Positions 9,172 to 16,488 of a DNA stretch of 51,998 nucleotides are shown here, in pieces. Positions within the stretch are counted from its first letter, which is position 1. Every line of letters begins with the position of its first letter. The position numbers and the translations under genes were made by a program. The stretch covers positions 25,465-77,462 of the forward strand of contig CAZIRB010000002.1 in NCBI GenBank assembly GCA_964541695.1. Reading direction: 5' to 3'. Under the pieces are notes generated by a model. That model saw only the letters and a program-made list of their open reading frames with translations, made no database searches and was not told the origin of the DNA. The DNA comes from an uncultured Oscillospiraceae bacterium (GTDB taxonomy: Bacteria > Bacillota > Clostridia > Christensenellales > CAG-138).

Positions 9172-12100
9172 ACAGAATATTCCCTCCCGGCAGTTTTTGC
9201 AAGGTCTCGGCCAGCGTCCGCGGGATCGGCAGCCCGGAGATGCCCGGGTACAGCACGATAAAGAACAGGAGGCCTAAAGCCAGCCAGACCCATTTGACCG
9301 GCCAAAGCTCCGGCTCCCGCTCCTCGAGCGCCGTGACGAGGTACATCGTCGCGAGCAGGATAAACGGCACCGTCGCAAAAAAGTGATAGATGAACGTGCA
9401 GCGCGAGACGAGCACCCACGGCAGGTAGTTGGCGAGGATGCCCGTGAATATGACAAGCAGCGCCTTGTCCGGCCGCACCTTTCCGGAAAGCCGCAGCGCG
9501 GCGAGCGCCGCCGCGCCGATGGATGAGATCCACCAGACCGCCGGGTTGCCCGAGGCCGACATCGTCGAGACCGTGTTCTCCGTGCCGGAATAATAATACC
9601 ACATCGGCCGGACCGCGAACGGCCACTGGTACCAGCTCGACTGGTACGGGTGCGTCGCCTGCAGCGTCGAGTGGTAGTTGTACATAAACTGCTGGTAGTG
9701 CCAGAACGTCCGGAACATGCCGGAAAGGCCGTAGTTTTCCTCCGTGCCCGCGGCGTAGATATAGTACGGCGCGTAGGCCGCAAAATAGATGGCAAACGGA
9801 ATCACGACAAAGAACGCGACGCAGAACAGCAGCGTTTTGATCGTGTTCGGCAAAAACAGCGCGGCCTTTGCCCGGTCGGCGTGCGAGGCGGAAGCGGACA
9901 GCGCGCGGTACTTCCGATACCGCTCGAAAAGCGAGAAAAACAGCAGCGCGGCCAGCCCCGCGCCGGCGTAGATGCACGTCCACTTGCACGCGGCCCCGAT
10001 GCCGAAGAACAGCCCGCACGCGCCAAGCGGCACGAGCGTCTTCTTCAGCCCGTCGGCAAAGAAGTCCATCGTGACGTAGCGGTACATGAAATAGTACATG
10101 AGGAGTATGAAGAACACCGCGTACACGTCGATCGTCGCGATGCGCGTCTGCGTAAAGTGCATGAAGTCGAACGCGAACAGCGCCGTGCAGACGAACGCGT
10201 TCTCCGTCTTTTTCAGGAGCCTGCGCGAGAGCGCGTAGAACACCGGCAGCATGCCGATGCCGAACAGTGTGCCCACGATGCGCCAGCCAAACGGCGTCAT
10301 GCCGAACGCCGCAACGCCCAGCATGATGAAAAGCTTGCCGAGCGGCGGGTGCGAGTTTTCGTACGGGGCGAGGTTGTGCAGGTGCTCGTAGGCCGTGCGC
10401 CCGTGGTACAGTTCGTCGAGGTACATGCCGTTCGTGCACGCGGGCACGTCGGGCACCGTGTCCTGCTCGTCGAGCAGCGCGGACTGCGTGCCGGTCGGGT
10501 TGACGAGCGTCGCGGGGAGCCTATTGCCCGCCGCGTCGAAGAACGCGATCTCGTTGATGCGCACATGTCCCGAGCACAGCTCAACCGTGACCGTGTCCGC
10601 CGTCGCGGCAAGCAGTACGCTGTGCCAGCGGAACATGTCGTCGTACGTCTGCTCGTAGCTCGTCTCCGCGCCGTCCGGCGCGGTAAAGCGCAGCACACCG
10701 CCCGTGTCGATGTTGCCGTACACGCGGCACTCGGCAAGCTCGACCGTCCTGCCGAACGCGGCCGTGACCGTCTCGCCCGCGACGTCGCCGTAATACACGG
10801 TCTGCGGCGCCTTCGTCACGCCGAGGTACGTCAGCGCGGCCGCGCCGTAGACGAGTATAAGGCCGAACAATAGAATGTAGTCTTTCCGCGTGTAGCGCGT
10901 CCCGCCGTCCGCGGAGATCGACAGCGCGAAAGCCGCCCGCTTCCTGTCCTTTTTGATCTGAAGCGCGGGCAGCGGCGCGCGCGCGCGGCCGAGCCATAAT
11001 AGGTCGACGGCGACCACGATAAAGTACAGCGTCGTCAGCACCGTCGCCGCGGAGCCTATACGCGTGAGCACGTTGTAAAACACCCCGCGCGCGGCCTGGT
11101 GGTCGACGATGTACAGGGCGGCGAGCGAATTAAGCAGCACCGTCACGGTGTACGAAAGAAACAGCAGCAGCAGCCTGCGGTCGCGGTAGTACGCGTAGCC
11201 GACGAGCAGCAACAGCAGCGCGGGAATTACGTACCGCTCGTGCATGTAATGCCCGAACGTGAACATCAGCGCGACCGAGAGCGCGCAGCTGATGTACGCC
11301 GCGCCCTTGCCGGTGCGCGCGCCCTTCCAATACAGTGCGCCGGAGAACACGGCCGACAGCGCGATGAACGCCGTGCCCCAGTCCGCGTACGTCGACCCGA
11401 GCACGCGCGTTTCCACGGGGGCCCAGTTCCCACCGAGCAGCGCGGGCATGTTGAACGCCTCGATCGACGCGTACGGATAGGAGACGGCGGTCGTGCGGTA
11501 TTTATCGAGTATCCAGGTCCAGTCCTGCGTTCCCTTAAACGGCAGCGATATGAAGAATATCACCGCGAGCGCCGCAAGCACCGCGAGCACGGTATGCAGG
11601 AGCTTTTTCTTCCAGTCCGAACCGACGACGCCGCGGAAATAGATCACCGCGAGGATCGGCCCCGCCATCAGCGCCTGGGGCTTGAGCAGAATCGCCAGGC
11701 CGTACAGCACGCCCGCGAGGATGCGCTTCTCGCCGAGCACAAAATAGATCGCGAGCGCGACGAGCAGCGCAAGGATCGAGTCGATCTGGCCCCAGCCGCC
11801 GGAGATGAACATCAGCGCGGGGTTGAGCGCGACGAGGCCCGCAAGCAGCAGCGAGAACGGGCGGGATACGCCGTTTTGCCTGGCCAGCTCGTACAAAAGA
11901 TACGCGCTGATTAGATCGCAGATCGTCGCGGGGAGCTTGAACAGCAGCACGTGCCCCGCGCTGCCGTAGGTCAGGCCGAGCCCGGAGCCGAGCGCGCTCA
12001 GCGCGCCGCAGACGTACATATACCCCGGCGGATAGTCCGCGAATATGCCGGATGTGTAGAACCCCGGCACGCCGTGGACCCGGACGGCGTTGCCCCAGGC

Positions 12101-12967
12101 CATAAAGCAGTTGATGTCCGTCGGGTGGCCGACAAATATGACGGAGAGCAGCACGCGGCAGGCCACGGCCAACGCAAACATCGCGGTCAATGTGCGCCTT
12201 GTATCCGCGTCTTCGGAAAGCGGCGACTGCTCGCTGCGCAGGTACGCCATGTACAGCGCGGCAAAGAGCAGCGCGAATACTGCGCCGGTCACGAGCATGG
12301 CCGAGAACACGCGGGACGGGGGCAGCGGCTCCTTGGGCGTCTCCGTCGCCGTGCCGGCCGCGCCGTTGTCGGTCGGCAGATAAATCAGGTTCGTCGCGAG
12401 CGCTTCGTCGCACTCGGTCACGCGCAGCCCGTAAAACCACGCGCTCCCCACCGCCATCGTGCCGTAGCCGCCCAGCCGCGCCGCCACGCGCAGCTCCCGC
12501 TGCTCCGGCCCGGTCTTCACATACATCTCGACCGCCGTCCACTCCGACGAGCCCGTGACGTCCGTAGAGAAGCAATACGTGCCGTCTATGGAGTAGTTGT
12601 CGATCGAGAGGCAGGCGCCGCGGCCGCCGGTGACATTGCTCGTGCGGATATAGCCGGACACGAGATAGCAGGTGTCCGACCGCGCGGCGATCGTCTGGCA
12701 GATGCGCGAGTCGTTCTCGGTTCCGTTCACGATGCCGACGCAGCGGCCCGCCGTCTCGTCCTCGTACAGCCCCGCTGCTGCGGCGTCGTCGCCGGACACG
12801 TAGGCCTCGAACTCCCACTCGGCGGGCAGCGCCGCCCCCTCCGGATAATCGGCAAAATCCGCGTTCCTCAGCAGGTTCTCCTCCGCGGCGTCCCCCTCGG
12901 CCCGCGCGGCCGCCGGAAACGCCAGCACCAGCCCTAAAAGAAGGAGCGCGGCGGCGATTCGTTTCAA
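9161..12967 (-). CDS. Giant secreted/membrane glycosyltransferase. Domain order: signal peptide, CBM4/9-like beta-sandwich, GT-C module 1 (Gpi18/DUF2029-like), TM plus a ~125-aa beta-rich insert, then GT-C module 2 (PMT / GT39-like with a C-terminal 4-TM domain).
   Basis: 1268 aa; TTG start at 12967 with a GAGGT RBS. The signal peptide is MKRIAAALLLLGLVLAFPAAARA. Residues 28-186 read NLLRNADFADYP..WEFEAY.., which is CBM-like. Residues ~217-660 are polytopic with HPTDINCFMAWG..DYPPGY. Residues ~849-1268 carry YLDELYHGRTAYEH (the PMT loop-1 DE motif), NSHPPLGKLF and HPYQSSWYQWPF. Domain names come from motif recognition by eye, not from HMM searches. Confidence 0.8.
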   Translation of the reverse strand: MKRIAAALLLLGLVLAFPAAARAEGDAAEENLLRNADFADYPEGAALPAEWEFEAYVSGDDAAAAGLYEDETAGRCVGIVNGTENDSRICQTIAARSDTCYLVSGYIRTSNVTGGRGACLSIDNYSIDGTYCFSTDVTGSSEWTAVEMYVKTGPEQRELRVAARLGGYGTMAVGSAWFYGLRVTECDEALATNLIYLPTDNGAAGTATETPKEPLPPSRVFSAMLVTGAVFALLFAALYMAYLRSEQSPLSEDADTRRTLTAMFALAVACRVLLSVIFVGHPTDINCFMAWGNAVRVHGVPGFYTSGIFADYPPGYMYVCGALSALGSGLGLTYGSAGHVLLFKLPATICDLISAYLLYELARQNGVSRPFSLLLAGLVALNPALMFISGGWGQIDSILALLVALAIYFVLGEKRILAGVLYGLAILLKPQALMAGPILAVIYFRGVVGSDWKKKLLHTVLAVLAALAVIFFISLPFKGTQDWTWILDKYRTTAVSYPYASIEAFNMPALLGGNWAPVETRVLGSTYADWGTAFIALSAVFSGALYWKGARTGKGAAYISCALSVALMFTFGHYMHERYVIPALLLLLVGYAYYRDRRLLLLFLSYTVTVLLNSLAALYIVDHQAARGVFYNVLTRIGSAATVLTTLYFIVVAVDLLWLGRARAPLPALQIKKDRKRAAFALSISADGGTRYTRKDYILLFGLILVYGAAALTYLGVTKAPQTVYYGDVAGETVTAAFGRTVELAECRVYGNIDTGGVLRFTAPDGAETSYEQTYDDMFRWHSVLLAATADTVTVELCSGHVRINEIAFFDAAGNRLPATLVNPTGTQSALLDEQDTVPDVPACTNGMYLDELYHGRTAYEHLHNLAPYENSHPPLGKLFIMLGVAAFGMTPFGWRIVGTLFGIGMLPVFYALSRRLLKKTENAFVCTALFAFDFMHFTQTRIATIDVYAVFFILLMYYFMYRYVTMDFFADGLKKTLVPLGACGLFFGIGAACKWTCIYAGAGLAALLFFSLFERYRKYRALSASASHADRAKAALFLPNTIKTLLFCVAFFVVIPFAIYFAAYAPYYIYAAGTEENYGLSGMFRTFWHYQQFMYNYHSTLQATHPYQSSWYQWPFAVRPMWYYYSGTENTVSTMSASGNPAVWWISSIGAAALAALRLSGKVRPDKALLVIFTGILANYLPWVLVSRCTFIYHFFATVPFILLATMYLVTALEEREPELWPVKWVWLALGLLFFIVLYPGISGLPIPRTLAETLQKLPGGNILYGA

Positions 12968-13014
12968 AGCAATTACCTCGACCTGGGAAATATAACTAAA
13001 GCTAGTATTGCATC

Positions 13015-13043
13015 ATTGTATCAAATCAAACCCGCGCTGACAA
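13015..13043 (-). promoter_or_regulatory. Putative sigma-A promoter for the glycosyltransferase-gtrA genes
   Basis: The minus strand reads TTGTCA, 17 nt, TACAAT with an extended -10 TG (TGaTACAAT). It lies 48-76 nt upstream of the TTG start and directly after the yraN stop. Confidence 0.4.
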
Positions 13044-13054
13044 GCGGCCGCCCG

Positions 13055-13414
13055 TCACGAGAGGCCGAACGCGTTCTCGATGTGCGTAACCGTCCCCGTG
13101 TCCAGATACACCTCGACAACGTCGAATCGCGCGGGCGCGTCGGTCAAGCCGTGCTCGAGCAGGTACCCCTGCGCGGCGATTAGCAGGCGCTTTTGCTTCT
13201 GCAACGTGACAAACTCCGCGGGCGCGCCGAAGCGGACGCTCGAGCGCGCCTTGACCTCCACGAACACGAGCGTGTCCGCGTCGCGCATCACGAGGTCGAT
13301 CTCCTGGTGTTCGTAACGGTAGTTGCAGCAGACGAGCGAAAAGCCCTTGCCAAGTAAAAACGCGCAGGCCGTCTCCTCGCCCTGTCTGCCGGTCTGCGTG
13401 GTCGTCACAGCCAT
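13055..13414 (-). CDS. yraN: YraN family (UPF0102) endonuclease-like protein
   Basis: ORF 13055..13957 trimmed to ATG 13414 (MAVTTTQTGRQGEETACAFLLGKGF...FVEVKARS), giving 119 aa, typical for the family. It overlaps the 3' end of rnhB by 10 nt. Confidence 0.85.
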   Translation of the reverse strand: MAVTTTQTGRQGEETACAFLLGKGFSLVCCNYRYEHQEIDLVMRDADTLVFVEVKARSSVRFGAPAEFVTLQKQKRLLIAAQGYLLEHGLTDAPARFDVVEVYLDTGTVTHIENAFGLS

Positions 13415-14031
13415 TTTTGGATGAAGCTTTGGCGATGGATCGGGCAGGGGCCGTATTTTTTGATCGCCTCGATGTGCTCCGCGGTGCCGTAGCCCTTGTT
13501 GCGGATAAAGCCGTAGGCCGGGTACAGCGCGTCCTGCTCCCGCATGTATTCGTCGCGCCGCACCTTGGCGACGATGGACGCCGCGGCGATGGAGTACGAG
13601 CGCGCGTCGCCGTGTATGTACGGATGCTGGCGCGCGCAGATATCGAGCCCGGTCAGCGCGTCGATCAGCACGTCTGTCACGGGTGCGCCGATTTGGGCAA
13701 ACGCCATGGCAAACGCGCGCTTCGTCGCCTCGAGAATATTGATCCGGTCGATCGTGTCGGGCCAGACCCAGGCGACGGAGATCGCTTCCGCGACGCGCTC
13801 GATCTCGGCGCACACGGCCGCGCGGCGCGCCTCGGCCAGCTTCTTGGAGTCGTCGACATGGAAAACGAGCGCGCGCGGCGGCATCACGACGCAGGCGGCG
13901 ACCACCGGCCCCGCCAGCGGCCCGCGGCCGACCTCGTCCATGCCCGCAAGCACGCACTCCGGCCGCGACCAGAACGCGCCGTCGATCTCGGCGAGCGCGG
14001 CAAGCCGCTGTTCCTCCAGCGCGCGGTTCAT
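13405..14031 (-). CDS. rnhB: Ribonuclease HII
   Basis: 208 aa with the catalytic motif GMDEVGRGPLAGPVV. ATGA overlap with the rbgA stop. Confidence 0.95.
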   Translation of the reverse strand: MNRALEEQRLAALAEIDGAFWSRPECVLAGMDEVGRGPLAGPVVAACVVMPPRALVFHVDDSKKLAEARRAAVCAEIERVAEAISVAWVWPDTIDRINILEATKRAFAMAFAQIGAPVTDVLIDALTGLDICARQHPYIHGDARSYSIAAASIVAKVRRDEYMREQDALYPAYGFIRNKGYGTAEHIEAIKKYGPCPIHRQSFIQKWL

Positions 14032-14888
14032 ATGCGTCCCCCCTCGCCTTGCGGCGCTTCTAGCGTGACGCGCCCAAGCTTGCCCGCGCGGAATTCGTCG
14101 AGCACGATGCGCGCGGCGCGCTCCGTGTCCGGCTCCCCGCCGGACAGCAAAAACCCGCGCGAGCGGCAGACGAGTGCGAGCAGGTCGCCGCTGTCCGCGT
14201 CCGACGTTAATTTCGGATAGCGCGCAAGCAGCGCGTCGCGGGAAAGCGACATCAGCTCGCCAAGCAGCGCGGACGCGAGCTCCTCGGCGGGCACCAATTC
14301 GTCGCGGATCGAGCCGATATACGCCAGGTGCCTGGCCAGGTCCTGATCGGCCAGCTTCGGCCAGAGCAGGCCGGGCGTGTCCATCAATTCAAGGTACGGC
14401 GTGATCTTGACCCACTGTTTCGCCCGCGTTACGCCGGGCTTATCGCCTACGGCCGCCCGCTTCCCGCCCGCGACGCGGTTGATGAGCGTGGACTTGCCGA
14501 CGTTCGGGATGCCCGCGATCAGCGCGCGTACGACCTTGTTCACGCCCTTTTTGCGCATGCGCTCGACCGCTTCCGCGGCGGCGGCCTCGATCAGCGCGAT
14601 CACCTCGGCGCGGCAGCGCGGCGCGGTCGCCGAAATGCCGCCCGCGGCGAATCCGCGCGCACGGAACTGCGCGATCCAGCGCTTCGTCAGCGCCGGGTCG
14701 GCCAGGTCGCTCTTGTTCAGCAGGATCACGCGCGATTTGCCCGTAAACAGCTCGTCAAAGTCCGGGTTCTGCGTGGCCGCGGGCGCGCGCGCGTCGACAA
14801 GCTCGGCGACGACGTCGACGAGCTTGAGGTCCTCCAGCAGGAGGCGGCGCGCTTTGGCCATGTGGCCCGGATACCATTGGATCTGCAT
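14028..14888 (-). CDS. rbgA: Ribosome biogenesis GTPase A (YlqF/RbgA)
   Basis: ORF 14028..14990 trimmed to ATG 14888 (MQIQWYPGHMAKARR). The GTPase motif order is circularly permuted: NKSDL, then GIPNVGKSTLIN, then DTPG. Confidence 0.9.
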   Translation of the reverse strand: MQIQWYPGHMAKARRLLLEDLKLVDVVAELVDARAPAATQNPDFDELFTGKSRVILLNKSDLADPALTKRWIAQFRARGFAAGGISATAPRCRAEVIALIEAAAAEAVERMRKKGVNKVVRALIAGIPNVGKSTLINRVAGGKRAAVGDKPGVTRAKQWVKITPYLELMDTPGLLWPKLADQDLARHLAYIGSIRDELVPAEELASALLGELMSLSRDALLARYPKLTSDADSGDLLALVCRSRGFLLSGGEPDTERAARIVLDEFRAGKLGRVTLEAPQGEGGRI

Positions 14889-14959
14889 GCGGGATACGCT
14901 CCGTGGGTTGTCGGTATAGTGGGGGGCGGCGAGTTTGACGCCCGTAGGGGAGGGTTCTC

Positions 14960-14987
14960 TTACTTTTCTTTCTAGAAAGAAAAGTAA
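14960..14987. repeat. Palindrome A1, 28 bp perfect: TTACTTTTCTTTCTAGAAAGAAAAGTAA
   Basis: Checked base by base. Confidence 0.95.
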
Positions 14988-15032
14988 CAAAAGAAAGTCG
15001 GGAAAAGAGAACCTTGCTTCGCTTTTTTTTCG

Positions 15033-15062
15033 TTTCCTTTTCTTTCGCGAAAGAAAAGGAAA
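15033..15062. repeat. Palindrome B1, 30 bp perfect: TTTCCTTTTCTTTCGCGAAAGAAAAGGAAA
   Basis: Checked base by base. Confidence 0.95.
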
Positions 15063-15081
15063 GGCCGAATGGTTTTTCTCT

Positions 15082-15109
15082 TTGCTTTTCTTTCTAGAAA
15101 GAAAAGCAA
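15082..15109. repeat. Palindrome A2, 28 bp perfect: TTGCTTTTCTTTCTAGAAAGAAAAGCAA
   Basis: Checked base by base. It differs from A1 only by a symmetric pair of substitutions (A..T to G..C). Confidence 0.95.
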
Positions 15110-15151
15110 CAAAAGAAAGTCGGGAAGGGGGCCCGCTTAGCTTTCTTTTCG

Positions 15152-15181
15152 TTTCCTTTTCTTTCGCGAAAGAAAAGGAAA
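15152..15181. repeat. Palindrome B2, 30 bp perfect and identical to B1
   Basis: Checked base by base. Confidence 0.95.
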
Positions 15182-15199
15182 AAGAAGCTAAAAACTAAC

Positions 15200-15236
15200 A
15201 ATGAAGAAACTCCCCCGGCCGTCCGGCTGGGGGAGT
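15200..15236 (-). terminator. Intrinsic terminator downstream of rplS
   Basis: The minus strand reads ACTCCCCC-agccggacggcc-GGGGGAGT followed by TTCTTCATTGTT. It begins 11 nt after the rplS stop. Confidence 0.6.
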
Positions 15237-15246
15237 GATCCGGTCG

Positions 15247-15609
15247 TTATTGGGCGGGCTTCTCGTCGATGCGCTCGCGCACCTTGGCGGCTTTGCCGGC
15301 GCGGTCGCGCAGGTAGTACAGCTTGGCGCGGCGCACCTGGCCGTGGCGCATGATCTCGATCCTGCCGATGCGCGGGCTGTTGTACGGGAACGTCCGCTCG
15401 ACGCCGACGCCGTACGAAATGCGGCGGACGGTGAACGACTTGCGCACGCCGCCGCCCTGCATCTTGATCACGACGCCCTCAAAGCTCTGCAACCGCTCGC
15501 GGCTGCCCTCGATGACCTTGACGAACACGCGGACGCTGTCGCCGATCTCGAGCTCCGGCAGGTCCGTGCGGATCTGCTCTTTTTCCAGTTCCTGAATGAT
15601 CTTTGACAT
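15247..15609 (-). CDS. rplS: 50S ribosomal protein L19
   Basis: 120 aa, [32 protein letters not shown]..., with an AGGAGGA RBS. Confidence 0.97.
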   Translation of the reverse strand: MSKIIQELEKEQIRTDLPELEIGDSVRVFVKVIEGSRERLQSFEGVVIKMQGGGVRKSFTVRRISYGVGVERTFPYNSPRIGRIEIMRHGQVRRAKLYYLRDRAGKAAKVRERIDEKPAQ

Positions 15610-15687
15610 TGAAATTGTCCTCCTTTTTTACAGGGCGTTCATATCCGGCAAAAGCCGAACAGCGGACCGTCCGTTGTCACAAGCGCG

Positions 15688-15717
15688 ATTATAACACAAT
15701 AAAGCAACCGAATGCAA
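15688..15717 (-). promoter_or_regulatory. Putative sigma-A promoter for rplS, followed by a ~70-nt leader
   Basis: The minus strand reads TTGCAT, 18 nt, TATAAT with an upstream TGt extended -10. An L19 autoregulatory leader is known upstream of rplS in Firmicutes, but I could not verify its fold here. Confidence 0.55.
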
Positions 15718-15777
15718 GGCCAACTTTCCCCGTTTTCGGGTAAAATCCGCCCCGGAGCCGGCCGTTTTCGGCGCGGC

Positions 15778-16488
15778 TTACGTTCCGCGCCGCCCGTCCT
15801 CGCCCTCACCGCCCTCCGTGGACGGCAGAAGATCCGGCCGGGCCGCCCGCGTTTTTTCGAGCGCGCGTTCCCGCCGCCATTTCTGAATGTTCGCGTGATG
15901 GCCGGAGAGCAGAATCTCCGGCACCTGCATGCCGCGAAAGTCCGCGGGCCGCGTGTACTGCGGATATTCGAGCAGTCCCGCCGAAAACGACTCGTCCTCG
16001 GCGCTCTCGTCCGAGCCTAAAACGCCGGGGATGAAGCGCGAGACCGCGTCGAGCAGCACCATCGCGGGCAGCTCGCCGCCGGTGAGCACATAGTCGCCGA
16101 TCGAGAGCTCCTCGTCAATGAGCGACAGGGCGCGCTCGTCCACGCCCTCGTAGTGGCCGCACAGCAGCAGCAGCCGCGGCAGCTGCGCCAGCTCCCGCGC
16201 GCGCGCGCTCGTCAGCGTCTTTCCGCGCGGCGTCAAAAGGATACGGTGCGCGCTTTCGCCGGAGAGCACCTGCTCGACGCAGTCGAATATCGGCTGCGCC
16301 ATCATGACCATGCCCGCGCCGCCGCCGAACGGGTAGTCGTCGGTCTTTTTGTGCTTGTTGTCGGCGTAGTCTCGGATGTTGTGCGTGCGCACGTCAAGAA
16401 GCCCCGCCGCACGGGCGCGGCCGAGCATGCTCGCGTCGAGCACACCGGGAAACATCTCCGGAAACAGCGTGAGGATGTCAATCCGCAT
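15778..16488 (-). CDS. trmD: tRNA (guanine37-N1)-methyltransferase TrmD
   Basis: 236 aa, [13 protein letters not shown]..., SPOUT fold family. It carries a ~25-aa charged C-terminal tail. Confidence 0.95.
   Translation of the reverse strand: MRIDILTLFPEMFPGVLDASMLGRARAAGLLDVRTHNIRDYADNKHKKTDDYPFGGGAGMVMMAQPIFDCVEQVLSGESAHRILLTPRGKTLTSARARELAQLPRLLLLCGHYEGVDERALSLIDEELSIGDYVLTGGELPAMVLLDAVSRFIPGVLGSDESAEDESFSAGLLEYPQYTRPADFRGMQVPEILLSGHHANIQKWRRERALEKTRAARPDLLPSTEGGEGEDGRRGT

Larger units (their letters stand above)
14953..15181. repeat. AT-rich tandem duplication of two ~110-120 bp units, each carrying two perfect palindromes built from the arm CTTTTCTTTC/GAAAGAAAAG
   Basis: Unit 1 is ~14953..15062 and unit 2 is ~15071..15181. 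Shared blocks are ggt(t)tctct, palindrome A, caaaagaaagtcgggaa, a variable ~26 bp, ttcg, and palindrome B. Read directly from the sequence. Confidence 0.9.

Noticed and set aside
9102-12818. Alternative-frame minus-strand ORFs inside the glycosyltransferase gene (9102..10439, 9274..9795, 10297..10737, 10581..10997, 11535..12818)
   Set aside because: They give Arg/Ala/Pro-rich translations without TM helices or motifs. The 1268-aa frame gives coherent signal, CBM-like, TM and PMT motifs throughout.
14953-15181. Possibility that the repeats are a CRISPR array
   Set aside because: There are only two units. The conserved parts are long perfect palindromes with conserved flanks rather than short repeats separated by unique spacers. 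No cas genes or leader are present.
14935-15198. An 87-aa plus-strand ORF (TTG start) spanning the palindrome array
   Set aside because: The two DNA repeat units are read in different frames within this ORF, so the repeats are not conserved at protein level. It has no RBS and its composition simply mirrors the CT/AG-rich DNA. The short ATG ORF at 15068 (MVFLFAFLSRKKSNKRKSGRGPA) has no counterpart in unit 1.
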